Positions 1-13,250 of a DNA stretch of 64,000 nucleotides are shown here, piece by piece. Source of the DNA: Eledone cirrhosa (Eukaryota). The notes beneath the pieces are model-generated. The model saw only the letters and a list, made by a program, of their open reading frames with translations. It was not told where the DNA came from and did not search any database. Every line of letters starts with the position of its first letter. The stretch's first letter is position 1. The stretch is from NCBI GenBank assembly GCA_964016885.1, contig OZ024740.1:290532001-290596000 (forward strand), read 5' to 3'. The position numbers and the translations under genes were made by a program.

Positions 1-3000
1 TTATTTGGGTGCCCCGTTTTTTATTTGGGTGCCCCATTTTTTTATGGGGGGGTCCGTTTTTTATCTGGGTGCCCCGTTTTTTATTTGGGTGCCCCGTTTT
101 TTGATGGGGGGGTCCGTTTTTTATTTGGGTGCCCCGTTTTTTATTTGGGTGCCCCGTTTTTTTATGGGGGTCCGTTTTTTATTTCGGTGCCCCGTTTTTT
201 GATGGGGGGGTCCGTTTTTTATTTGGGTGCCACGTTTTTTATTTGGGTGCCCCGTTTTTTTATGGGGGGGGTCCGTTTTTTATTTGGGTGCCCCGTTTTT
301 TATTTGGGTGCCTCGTTTTTTATTTGGGTGCCCCGTTTTTTGATGGGGGGTCCGTTTTTTATTTGGGTGCCCCGTTTTTTATTTGGGTGCCCCGTTTTTT
401 TATGGGGGGGGTTGGTTTTTTATTTGGGTGCCCCGTTTTTTTATGGGGGGGTCCGTTTTTTATTTGGGTGCCCCGTTTTTTATTTGGGTGCCCCGTTTTT
501 TTATGGGGGGTCCGTTTTTTATTTCGGTGCCCCGTTTTTTGATGGGGGGGTCCGTTTTTTATTTGGGTGCCCCGTTTCTTATTTGGGTGCCCCGTTTTTT
601 ATTTGGGTGCTCCGTTTTTTATTTGGGTGCCCCGTTTTTTATTTGGGTGCCCCGTTTTTTTATGGGGGGGTCCGTTTTTTATTTGGGTGCCTCGTTTTTT
701 ATTTGGGTGCCCCGTTTTTTATTTGGGTGCCCCGTTTTTTATTTGGGTGCCCCGTTTTTTTATGGGGGGGTCCGTTTTTTATTTGGGTGCCCCGTTTTTT
801 ATTTGGGTGCCCCGTTTTTTTATGGGGGGTCCGTTTTTTTATTTCGGTGCCCCGTTTTTTGATGGGGGTCCGTTTTTTATTTGGGTGCCCCGTTTTTTAT
901 TTGGGTGCCCCGTTTTTTTATGGGGGGGTCCGTTTTTTATTTGGGTGCCCCGTTTTTTATTTGGGTGCCCCGTTTTTTATTTGGGTGCCCCGTTTTTTAT
1001 TTGGGTGCCCCGTTTTTTTATGGGGGGGGGTCCGTTTTTTATCTGGGTACCCCGTTTTTTATTTGGGTACCCCGTTTTTTATTTGGGTGCCCCGTTTTTT
1101 TATGGGGGTGTCCGTTTTTTATCTGGGTACCCCGTTTTTTATTTGGGTACCCCGTTTTTTATTTGGGTGCCCCGTTTTTTATTTGGGTGCCCCGTTTTTT
1201 TTATGGGGGGGGTCCGTTTTTTATTTGGGTGCCGCGTTTTTTATTTGGGTGCCCCGTTTTTTATTTGGGTGCCCCGTTTTTTATTTGGGTGCCCCGTTCT
1301 TTTATGGGGGGTCCGTTTTTTATTTCGGTGCCCCGTTTTTTGATGGGGGGGTCCGTTTTTTATTTGGGTGCCCCGTTTTTTTATGGGGGGGGTCCGTTTT
1401 TTATTTGGGTGCCCCGTTTTTTATTTGGGTGCCTCGTTTTTTATTTGGGTGCTCCGTTTTTTTATGGGGGGGGTCCGTTTTTTATTTGGGTGCCCCGTTT
1501 TTTTATGGGGGGGGGTCCGTTTTTTATTTGGGTGCCCCGTTTTTTATTTGGGTGCCCCGTTTTTTTATGGGGGGGGTCCGTTTTTTATTTGGGTGCCCCG
1601 TTTTTTATTTGGGTGCCCCGTTTTTTATTTGGGTGCTCCGTTTTTTATTTGGGTGCCCCGTTTTTTATTTGGGTGCCCCGTTTTTTTATGGGGGGGTACG
1701 TTTTTTATTTGGGTGCCGCATTTTTTATTTGGGTGCCCCGTTTTTTATTTGGGTGCCCCGTTTTTTATTTGGGTGCCCCGTTTTTTATTTGGGTGCCCCG
1801 TTTTTTTATGGGGGTGTCCGTTTTTTATCTGGGTACCCCGTTTTTTATTTGGGTACCCCGTTTTTTATTTGGGTGCCCCGTTTTTTATTTGGGTGCCCCG
1901 TTTTTTATTTGGGTGCCCCGTTTTTTATTTGGGTGCCCCGTTTTTTATTTGGGTGCACCGTTTTTTTATGGGGGGGTCCGTTTTTTATCTGGGTACCCCG
2001 TTTTTTATTTGGATACCCCGTTTTTTATTTGGGTGCCCCGTTTTTTTATGGGGGTGTCCGTTTTTTATCTGGGTACCCCGTTTTTTATTTGGGTACCCCG
2101 TTTTTTATTTGGGTGCCCCGTTTTTTATTTGGGTGCCCCGTTTTTTATTTGGGTGCCCCGTTTTTTTTATGGGGGGGTCCGTTTTTTATTTGGGTGCCCC
2201 GTTTTTTTATGGGGGGGGGGTCCGTTTTTTATTTGGGTACCCCGTTTTTTATTTGGGTGCCCCGTTTTTTTATGGGGGGGTCCGTTTTTTATTTGGATAC
2301 CCCGTTTTTTATTTGGGTGCCCCGTTTTTTTATGGAGGGGGGTCCGTTTATTATCTGGGTACCCCGTTTTTTATTTGGGTGCCCCGTTTTTTATTTGGGT
2401 GCCCCGTTTTTTATTTGGGTGCCCCGTTTTTTTATGGGGGGGTCCGTTTTTTATTTGGGTGCCCCGTTTTTTATTTGGGTGCCCCGTTTATTTATGGGGG
2501 GTCCGTTTTTTATTTGGGTGCCCCGTTTTATTTATGGGGGGGTGCGTTTTTTATTTGGGTGCCCCGTTTTTTATTTGGGTGCCTCGTTTTTTATTTGGGT
2601 GCCCCGTTTTTTTATGGGGGGGGTCCGTTTTTTATTTGGGTGCCCCGTTTTTTATTTGGGTGCCCCGTTTTTTCATGGGGGGGGTCCGTTTTTTATTTGG
2701 GTGCCCCGTTTTTTATTTGGGTGCCCCGTTTTTTATTTGGGTGCCCCGTTTTTTATTTGGGTGCCCCGTTTTTTTATGGGGGTGTCCGTTTTTTATCTGG
2801 GTACCCCGTTTTTTATTTGGGTACCCCGTTTTTTATTTGGGTGCCCCGTTTTTTATTTGGGTGCCCCGTTTTTTATTTGGGTGCCCCGTTTTTTATTTGG
2901 GTGCCCCGTTTTTTTATGGGGGGGTCCGTTTTTTATTTGGATACCCCGTTTTTTATTTGGGTGCCCCGATTTTTTATGGGGGGGGTCCGTTTTTTATCTG

Positions 3001-6000
3001 GGTACCCCGTTTTTTATTTGGGTACCCCGTTTTTTATTTGGGTGCCCCGTTTTTTTATGGAGGGGGTCCGTTTTTTATGGGGGGGTCCGTTTTTTATTTG
3101 GATACCCCGTTTTTTATTTGGGTGCCCCGTTTTTTTACGGGGGGTCCGTTTTTCATTTCGGTGCCCCGTTTTTTGATGGGGGGGTCCGTTTTTTATGGAG
3201 GGGGTCCGTTTTTTATTTGGGTGCCCCGTTTTTTTATGGGGGGGTCCGTTTTTTATTTGGATACCCCGTTTTTTATTTGGGTGCCCCGTTTTTTTATGGG
3301 GGGTCCGTTTTTTATTTCGGTGCCCCGTTTTTTGATGGGGGGTCCGTTTTTTATTTGGGTGCCCGTTTTTTTATGGGGGGGGTCCGTTTTTTATTTGGGT
3401 GCCCCGTTTTTTATTTGGGTGCCCCGTTTTTTATTTGGGTGCCCCGCTTTTTATTTGGGTGCCCTGTTTTTTATTTGGGTGCCCGTTTTTTTATGGGGGG
3501 GTCCGTTTTTTATTTGGATACCCCGTTTTTTATTTGGGTGCCCCGTTTTTTTATGGGGGGGTCCGTATTTTATCTGGGTACCCCGTTTTTTATTTGGGTG
3601 CACGGTTTTTTTATGGAGGGGGTCCGTTTTTTATTTGGGTGCCCCGTTTTTTTATGGGGGGGTTCCGTTTTTTATTTGGACACCCCGTTTTTTATTTTGG
3701 TGCCCCGTTTTTTTATGGAGGGGGTACGTTTTTTATTTGGGTGCCCCGTTTTTTATTTGGGTGCGCCGTTTTTTATTTGGGTGCCCCGTTTTTTATTTGG
3801 GTGCCCCGTTTTTATATGGGGCGGTCCGTTTTTTATTTGGGTGCCCCGTTTTTTTATGGGGGGTTCCGTTTTTTTTTCTGGGTGCCCCGTTTTTTATTTG
3901 GGTGCCCCGTGTTTTATTTGGGTGCCCCGTTTTTTATTTGGGTGCCCCGTTTTTTTATGGGGGGGTCCGTTTTTTATTTGGATACCCCGTTTTTTATTTG
4001 GGTGCCCCGTTTTTTTATGGGGGGGGGTCTGTTTTTTATTTGGGTGCCCCGTTTTTTATTTGGGTGCCCTGTTTTTTTATGGGGGGTCCGTTTCTTATTT
4101 CGGTGCCCCGTTTTTTTATGGGGGGGTCCGTTTTTTATTTGGGTGCCCCGTTTTTTATTTGGGTGCCCCGTTTTTTTATGGGGGGGTCCGTTTTTTATTT
4201 GGGTGCCCCGTTTTTTATTTGGGTGCCCTGTTTTTTTATGGGGGGGTCCGTTTTTTATTTGGATACCCCGTTTTTTATTTGGGTGCCCTGTTTTTTTATG
4301 GGGGGGTCCGTTTTTTATTTGGGTGCCCCGTTTCTTTATGGGGGGTCCGTTTTTTATTTGGGTGCCCCGTTTTTTATTTGGGTGCCCCGTTTTTTATTTG
4401 GGTGCCCCGTTTTTTTATGGGGGGGTCCGTTTTTTATTTGGATACACCGTTTTTTATTTGGGTGCCCCATTCTTTTATGGGGGGGGGGTCCGTTTTTTAT
4501 CTGGGTACCCCGTTTTTTATTTGGGTACCCCGTTTTTTATTTGGGTGCCCCGTTTTTTTATGGAGGGGGTCCGTTTTTTATTTGGGTGCCTCGTTCTTTA
4601 TTTGGGTGCCCCGTTTTTTATTTGGGTGCCCCGTTTTTTATTTGGGTGCCCCGTTTTTTTATGGGGGGGTACGTTTTTTATTTGGGTGCCCCGTTTTTTA
4701 TTTGGGTGCCCCTTTTTTTATGGGGGGTCCGTATTTTATTTCGGTGCCCCGTTTTTTGATGGGGGGGTCTGTTTTTTATTTGGGTGCCCCGTTTTTTATT
4801 TGGGTGCCCCGTTTTTTATTTGGGTGCCCCGTTTGTTATTTGGGTGCCCCGTTTTTTTATGGGGGGGGTCCGTTTTTTATCTGGGTACCCCGTTTTTTAT
4901 TTGGGTACCCCGTATTTTATTTGGGTGCCCCGTTTTTTTATGGGAGGGGGTCCGTTTTTTATTTGGATACCCCGTTTTTTATTTGGGTGCCCCGTTTTTT
5001 TATGGGGGGTCCGTTTTTTATTTCGGTGCCCCGTTTTTTGATGGGGCGGTCCGTTTTTTATTTGGGTACCCCGCTTTTTATTTGGGTGCCCCGTTTTTTT
5101 ATGGGGGGGTCCGTTTTTTTTTGGATACCCCGTTTTTTATTTGGGTGCCCCTTTTTTTGATGGGGGGGGGTCCGTTTATTATCTGGGTACCCCGTTTTTT
5201 ATTTGGGTGCCCCGTTTTTTATTTGGGTGCCCCGTTTTTTATTTGGGTGCCCCGTTTTTTATTTGGGTGCTCCGTTTTTTATTTGGGTGCCCCGTTTTTT
5301 ATTTGGGTGCCCCGATTTTTTATGGGGGGTCCGTTTTTTATTTCGGTGCCCCGTTTTTTGATGGGGGGGTCCGTTTTTTATTTGGGTGCCCCGTTATTTA
5401 TTTGGGTGCCCCGTTTTTTATTTGGGTGCCCCGTTTTTTTATGGGGGGGGGTCCGTTTTTTATTTGGGTGCCCCGTTTCTTATTTGGGTGCCCCGTTTTT
5501 TATTTGGGTGCTCCGTTTTTTATTTGGGTGCCCCGTTTTTTATTTGGGTGCCCCGTTTTTTTATGGGGGGGGTCCGTTTTTTATTTGGGTGCCTCGTTTT
5601 TTATTTGGGTGCCCCGTTTTTTATTTGGGTGCCCCGTATTTTATTTGGGTGCCCCGTTTTTTTATGGGGGGGTCCGTTTTTTATTTGGGTGCCCCGTTTT
5701 TTATTTGGGTGCCCCGTTTTTTTATGGGGGGTCCGTTTTTTATTTCGGTGCCCCGTTTTTTGATGGGGGGGTCCGTTTTTTATTTGGGTGCCCCGTTTTT
5801 TATTTGGGTGCCCCGTTTTTTTATGGGGGGGGGGGTCCGTTTTTTATTTGGGTGCCCCGTTTCTTATTTGGGTGCCCCGTTTTTTATTTGGGTGCTCCGT
5901 TTTTTATTTGGGTGCCCCGTTTTTTATTTGGGTGCCCCGTTTTTTTATGGGGGGGGGTCCGTTTTTTATTTGGGTGCCTCGTTTTTTATTTGGGTGCCCC

Positions 6001-7299
6001 GTTTTTTATTTGGGTGCCCCGTTTTTTATTTGGGTGCCCCGTTTTTTTATGGGGGGGTCCGTTTTTTATTTGGGTGCCCCGTTTTTTATTTGGGTGCCCC
6101 GTTTTTTTATGGGGGGTCCGTTTTTTATTTCGGTGCCCCGTTTTTTATTTGGGTGCCCCGTTTTTTATTTGGGTGCCCCGTTCTTTATTTGGGTGCCCCG
6201 TTTTTTATTTGGGTGCCCCGTTTTTTTATGGGGGGGGGTCCGTTTTTTATCTGGGTACCCCGTTTTTTATTTGGGTACCCCGTTTTTTATTTGGGTGCCC
6301 CGTTTTTTTATGGGGGTGTCCGTTTTTTATCTGGGTACCCCGTTTTTTATTTGGGTACCCCGTTTTTTATTTGGGTGCCCCGTTTTTTATTTGGGTGCCC
6401 CGTTTTTTATTTGGGTGCCCCGTTTTTTTTACGGGGGGGGGTCCGTTTTTTATTTGGGTGCCCCGTTTTTTTATGGGGGGGGTCCGTTTTTTATTTGGGT
6501 ACCCCGTTTTTTATTTGGGTGCCCCGTTTTTTTATGGGGGGGTCCGTTTTTTTTTGGATACCCCGTTTTTTATTTGGGTGCCCCGTTTTTTTATGGGGGG
6601 GGTCTGTTTATTATCTGGGTACCCCGTTTTTTATTTGGGTGCCCCGTTTTTTATTTGGGTGCTCCGTTTTCTATTTGGGTGCCCCGTTTTTTATTTGGGT
6701 GCCCCGTTTTTTTATGGGGGGGGTCCGTTTTTAATTTGGGTGCCCCGTTTTTTATTTGGGTGCCCCGTTTTTTATGGGGGGTACGTTTTTTATTTGGGTG
6801 CCGCGTTTTTTATTTGGGTGCCCCGTTTTTTATTTGGGTGCCCCGTTTTTTTTATGGGGGGGTCCGTTTTTTATTTGGGTACCCCGTTTTTTATTTGGGT
6901 GCCCCGTTTTTTATGGGGGGGTCCGTTTTTTATTTGGATACCCCGTTTTTTATTTGGGTGCCCCGTTTTTTTATGGGGGGGGGGGTCCGTTTATTATCTG
7001 GGTACCCCGTTTTTTATTTGGGTGCCCCGTTTTTTATTTGGGTGCTCCGTTTTTTATTTGGGTGCCCCGTTTTTTATTTGGGTGCCCCGTTTTTTTATGG
7101 GGGGGGTCCGTTTTTTATTTGGGTGCCCCGTTTTTTATTTGGGTGCCCCGTTTTTTATTTGGGTGCTCCGTTTTTTATTTGGGTGCCCCATTTTTTATTT
7201 GGGTGCCCCGTTTTTTTATGGGGGGGTCCGTTTTTTATTTGGGTGCCCCGTTTTTTATTTGGGTGCCCCGTTTTTTATTTGGGTGCCCCGTTTTTTTAT

Positions 7300-9300
7300 G
7301 GGGGGTCCGTTTTTTATTTGGATACCCCGTTTTTTTATTTGGGTGCCCCGTTTTTTTATGGGGGGGGTCCGTTTTTTATCTGGGTACCCCGTTTTTTATT
7401 TGGGTACCCCGTTATATATTTGGGTGCCCGGTTTTTTTATGGAGAGGGTCCGTTTTTTATTTGGTTGCCCCGTTTTTTTATGGGGGGGTCCGTTTTTTAT
7501 TTGGATACCCCGTTTTTTATTTGGGTGCCCCGTTTTTTTATGGGGGGTCCGTTTTTTATTTCGGTGCCCCGTTTTTTGATGGGGGGTCCGTTTTTTATTT
7601 GGGTGCCCCGTTTTTTACTTGGGTGCCCCGTTTTTTTATGGGGGGGGTCCGTTTTTTATTTGGGTGCCCCGTTTTTTATTTGGGTGCCCCGTTTTTTATT
7701 TGGGTGCCCCGTTTTTTATTTGGGTGCCCCGTTTTTTTATGGGGGTGTCCGTTTTTTATTTGGGTGCACCGTTTTCTAATGGGGGGGGTCCGTTTTTTAT
7801 CTGGGTACCCCGTTTTTTATTTGGGTACCCCGTTTTTTATTTGGGTGCCCCGTTTTTTTATGGAGGGGGTCCGTTTTTTATTTGGGTGCCCCGTTTTTTT
7901 ATGGGGGGGTCCGTTTTTTATTTGGATACCCCGTTTTTTTATTTGGGTGCCCCGTTTTTTTATGGGGGGTCCGCTTTTTATTTCGGTGCCCTGTTTTTTG
8001 ATGGGGGGTCCGTTTTTTATTTGGGTGCCCCGTTTTTTACTTGGGTGCCCCGTTTTTTTATGGGGGGGGTCCGTTTTTTATTTAGGTGCCCCGTTTTTTA
8101 TTTGGGTGCCCCGTTTTTTTATGGGGGTGTCCGTTTTTTATTTGGGTGCCCCGTTTTTTAATTGGGTGCCCCGTTTTTTTATTTGGGTACCCCGTTTTTT
8201 ATTTGGGTGCCCCGTTTTTTTATGGGGTGGGGTCCGTTTTTTAATTGGGTATCCCGTTTTTTATTTGGGTGCCCCGTTTTTTATTTGGGTACCCCGTTTT
8301 TTATTTGGGTGCCCCGTTTTTTTATGGAGGGGGTCCGTTTTTTATTTGGGTGCCCCGTTTTTTTATGGGGGGGTCCGTTTTTTATTTGGATACCCCGTTT
8401 TTTTATTTGGGTGCCCCGTTTTTTATTTGGGTGCCCCGTTTTTTATTTGGGTGCCCCGTTTTTTATTTGGGTGCCCCGTATTTTATTTGGGTGCCCCGTT
8501 TTTTTATGGGGGGTCCGTTTTTTATTTGGATACCCCGTTTTTTATTTGGGTGCCCCGTTTTTTTATGGGGGGGTCCGTTTTTTATCTGGGTACCCCGTTT
8601 TTTATTTGGGTACCCCGTTTTTTATTTGGGTGCCCGGTTTTTTTATGGAGAGGGTCCGTTTTTTATTTGGTTGCCCCGTTTTTTATTTGGGTGCCCCGTT
8701 TTTTTATGGGGGGTCCGTTTTTTATTTCGGTGCCCCGTTTTTTGATGGGGGGTCCGTTTTTTATTTGGGTGCCCCGTATTTTACTTGGGTGCCCCGTTTT
8801 TTTATGGGGGGGTCCGTTTTTTATTTGGGTGCCCCGTTTTTTATTTGGGTGCCCCGTTTTTTATTTGGGTGCTACGTTTTTTATTTGGGTGCCCCGTTTT
8901 TTATTTGGGTGCCCCGTTTTTTTATGGGGGTGTCCGTTTTTTATTTGGGTGCCCCGTTTTTTAATGGGGGGGTCCGTTTTTTATCTGGGTACCCCGTTTT
9001 TTATTTGGGTACCCCGTTTTTTATTTGGGTGCCCCGTTTTTTTATGGAGGGGGTCCGTTTTTTATTTGGGTGCCCCGTTTTTTTATGGGGGGGTCCGTTT
9101 TTTATTTGGATACCCCGTTTTTTTATTTGGGTGCCCCGTTTTTTTATGGGTGGTCCGCTTTTTATTTCGGTGCCCCGTTTTTTGATGGGGAGTCCGTTTT
9201 TTATTTGGGTGCCCCGTTTTTTACTTGGGTGCCCCGTTTTTTTATGGGGGGGGTCCGTTTTTTATTTGGGTGCCCCGTTTTTTATTTGGGTGCCCCGTTT
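7300..9300 (+). repeat. Diverged ~1.2 kb block duplication within the array
   Basis: Marker GGAGAGGGTCC followed by TTGGTTGCCCC at 7441 and 8647 (offset 1206). Marker CCGCTTTTTATTTCGG at 7971 and 9156 (offset 1185). Confidence 0.7.
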
Positions 9301-12300
9301 TTTATTTGGGTGCCCCGTTTTTTTATGGGGGGACCGTTTTTTATTTGGGTGCCCCGTTTTTTATTTGGGTGCCCCGTTTTTTTATGGGGGGGTCCGTTTT
9401 TTAATTGGGTGCCCCGTTTTTTATTTAGGTGCCCCGTTTTTTATTTGGGTGCCCCGTTTTTTTATGGGGGGGTCCGTTTTTTATTTGGGTGCCCCGTTTT
9501 TTATTTGGGTGCCCCGTTTTTTATTTGGGTGCCCCGTTTTTTTATTTGGGTACCCCGTTTTTTATTTGGGTGCCATTTTTTTTATGGGGGGGTCCGTTTT
9601 TTATTTGGGTACCCCGTTTTTTATTTGGGTGCCCCGTTCTTTATTTGGGTGCCCCGTTTTTTATTTGGGTGCCCCGTTTTTTTATTTGGGTACCCCGTTT
9701 TTTATTTGGGTGCCCCGTTTTTTTATGGGGGGGTCCGTTTTTTATTTGGATACCCCGTTTTTTATTTGGGTACCCCGTTTTTTATTTGGGTGCCCCGTTT
9801 TTTATTTGGGTGCCCCGTTTTTTTATGGGGGGGGGTCCGTTTTTTATTTGGGTGCCCCGTTTTTTATTTGGGTGCCCCGTTTTTTATTTGGGTGCCCCGT
9901 TTTTTTATTTGGGTACCCCGTTTTTTATTTGGGTGCCCCGTTTTTTATTTGGGTGCCCCGTTTTTTTATGGGGGGGTCCGTTTTTTAATTGGGTGCCCCG
10001 TTTTTTATTTGGGTGCCCCGTTTTTTATTTGGGTGCCCCGTTTTTTTATGGGGGGGTCCGTTTTTTTATTGGGTGCCCCGTTTTTTATTTGGGTGCCCCG
10101 TTTTTTATTTGGGTGCCCCGTTTTTTTATGGGGGGGGTCCGTTTTTTATTTGGGTGCCCCGTTTTTTATTTGGGTGCCCCGTTTTTTATTTGGGTGCCCC
10201 GTTTTTTTATTTGGGTGCCCCGTTTTTTACTTGGGTGCCCCGTTTTTTTATGGGGGGGGGTCCGTTTTTTATTTGGGTGCCCCGTTTTTTATTTGGGTGC
10301 CCCGTTTTTTATTTGGGTGCCCCGTTTTTTTATGGGGGGGGTCCGTTTTTTAATTGGGTGCCCCGTTTTTTTATTTGGGTACCCCGTTTTTTATTTGGGT
10401 GCCCCGTTTTTTAATGGGGGGGGGTCCGTTTTTTATTTGGGTGCCCCGTTTTTTATTTGGGTGCCCCGTTTTTTATTTGGGTGCCCCGTTTTTTTATGGG
10501 GGGGTCCGTTTTTTATTTGGGTGCCCCGTTTTTTATTTGGGTGCCCCGTTTTTTTATGGGGGGGGTCCGTTTTTTAATTGGGTGCCCCGTTTTTTATTTG
10601 GGTGCCCCGTTTTTTATTTGGGTGCCCCGTTTTTTTATGGGGGGGTCCGTTTTTTATTTGGGTGCCCCGTTTTTTATTTGGGTGCCCCGTTTTTTATTTG
10701 GGTGCCCCGTTTTTTTATTTGGGTACCCCGTTTTTTATTTGGGTGCCATTTTTTTTATGGGGGGGTCCGTTTTTTATTTGGGTACCCCGTTTTTTATTTG
10801 GGTGCCCCGTTTTTTATTTGGGTGCCCCGTTTTTTATTTGGGTGCCCCGTTTTTTTATTTGGGTACCCCGTTTTTTATTTGGGTGCCCCGTTTTTTTATG
10901 GGGGGGTCCGTTTTTTATTTGGGTACCCCGTTTTTTATTTGGGTGCCCCGTTTTTAATTTGGGTGCCCCGTTTTTTATTTGGGTGCCCCGTTTTTTATTT
11001 GGGTACCCCGTTTTTTATTTGGGTGCCCCGTTTTTTATTTGGGTGCCCCGTTTTTTTATGGGGGGGTCCGTTTTTTATCTGGGTACCCCGTTTTTTATTT
11101 GGGTACCCCGTTTTTTATTTGGGTGCCCCGTTTTTTTATGGGGAGGGGGCCGTTTTTTATCTGGGTACCCCGTTTTTTATTTGGGTACCCCGTTTTTTAT
11201 TTGGGTGCCCCGTTTTTTATTTGGGTGCCCCGTTTTTTTATGGGGGGGTCCGTTTTTTATTTGGGTGCCCCGTTTTTTATTTGGGTGCCCCGTTTTTTAT
11301 TTGGGTGCCCCGTTTTTTATTTGGGTGCCCCGTTTTTTATTTGGGTGCCCCGTTTTTTTTATGGGGGGGGTCCGTTTTTTATTTGGGTGCCCCGTTTTTT
11401 ATGGGGGGGGTCCTTTTTTTATTTGGGTACCCCGTTTTTTATTTGGGTGCCCCGTTATTTTATGGGGGGGTCCGTTTTTTATTTGGATACCCCGTTTTTT
11501 ATTTGGGTGCCCCGTTTATTTATGGGGGGGTCCGTTTTTTATTTGGGTGCCCCGTTTTTTATTTGGGTGCCCCGTTTTTTATTTGGGTGCCCCGTTTTTT
11601 TATGGGGGGGTCCGTTTTTTATCTGGGTACCCCGTTTTTTATTTGGGTACCCCGTTTTTTATTTGGGTGCCCCGTTTTTTTATGGGGGGGTCCGTTTTTT
11701 ATTTGGGTGCCCCGTTTTTTATTTGGGTGCCCCGTTTTTTTATGGGGGGATCCGTTTTTTATTTGGGTACCCCGTTTTTTATTTGGCTGCCCCGTTTTTT
11801 TATGGGGGGGGTCCGTTTTTTATTTGGATACCCCGTTTTTTATTTGGGTGCCCCGTTTTTTATGGGGGGGTCCGTTTTTTATCTGGGTACCCCGTTTTTT
11901 ATTTGGGTGCTCAGTTTTTTATTTGGGTGCCCCGTTTTTTTATGGGGGGGTCCGTTTTTTATTTGGGTGCCCCGTTTTTTATTTGGGTGACCCTTTTTTA
12001 TTTGGGTGCCCCGTCTTTTATTTGGGTGCCCCGTTTATTATTTGGGTGCCCCGTTTTTTATTTGGGTGCCCCGTTTTTTATTTAGGTGCCCCGTTTTTTT
12101 ATGGGGGGGGGTCCGTTTTTTATTTGGGTGCCCCGCTTTTTATTTGGGTGCCCCGTTTTTTTATAGGGGGATCCGTTTTTTATTTGGGTACCCCGTTTTT
12201 AATTTGGGTGCCCCGTCTTTTTATGGGGGGTCCGTTTTTTATTTGGGTGCCCCGTTTTTTTATGGGGGGGTCCGTTTTTTATCTGGGTATCCCGTTTTTT

Positions 12301-12849
12301 ATTTGGGTACCCCGTTTTTTATTTGGGTGCCCCGTTTTTTTATGGGGGCCGTCCGTTTTTTATTTGGGTGCCCCGTTTTTTTATGGGGGGTTCGTTTTTT
12401 ATTTGGGTACCCCGTTTTTTATTTGGATACCCCGTTTTTTATGGGGGGTCCGTTTTTTATTTGGGTGCCCCGTTTTTTTATGGGGGGTTCCGTTTTTTAT
12501 TTGGTTGCCCGCGTTTTTTATTTGGGTGCCCCGTTATTTATTGGGTGCCCCGTTTTTTATTTGGGTGCCCCGTTTTTTTATGGTAGGGGGTCCGTTTTTT
12601 ATTTGGGTGCCCCGTTTTTTATGGGGGGGGTCCGTTTTTTATTTGGGTGCCCCGTTTTTTATGGGGGGGTCCGTTTTTTATTTGGGTGCCCCGTTTTTTA
12701 TGGGGGGGGCCGTTTTTATTTGGATACCCCGTTTTTTATTTGGGTGCCCCGTTTTTTTATGGGGGGGTCCGTTTTTTATCTGGGTACCCCGTTTTTTATT
12801 TGGGTACCCCGTTTTTTATTTGGGTGCCCCGTTTTTTATTTGGGTGCCC

Positions 12850-13250
12850 CGTTTTTTTATGGGGGGGTCCGTTTTTTATTTGGGTACCCCGTTTTTTATT
12901 TGGGTGCCCCGTTTTTTTATGGGGGGGTCCGTTTTTTATTTGGATAGCCCGTTTTTTATTTGGGTGCCCCGTTTTTTTATCTGGGTACCCCGTTTTTTAT
13001 TTGGGTGCCCCGTTTTTTATTTGGGTGCCCCGTTTTTTATTTGGGTGCCCCGTTTTTTTATGGGGGGGTCCGTTTTTTATTTGGGTACCCCGTTTTTTAT
13101 TTGGGTGCCCCGTTTTTTTATGGGGGGGTCCGTTTTTTATTTGGATAGCCCGTTTTTTATTTGGGTGCCCCGTTTTTTTATCTGGGTACCCCGTTTTTTA
13201 TTTGGGTGCCCCGTTTTTTTATGGGGGGGTCCGTTTTTTATTTGGGTACC
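12850..13250 (+). repeat. 201-bp (10-monomer) local tandem duplication
   Basis: Rare variant GGATAGCCC at 12942 and 13143 with matching neighbouring monomers. ORF stops at 12947 and 13148. Confidence 0.8.
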
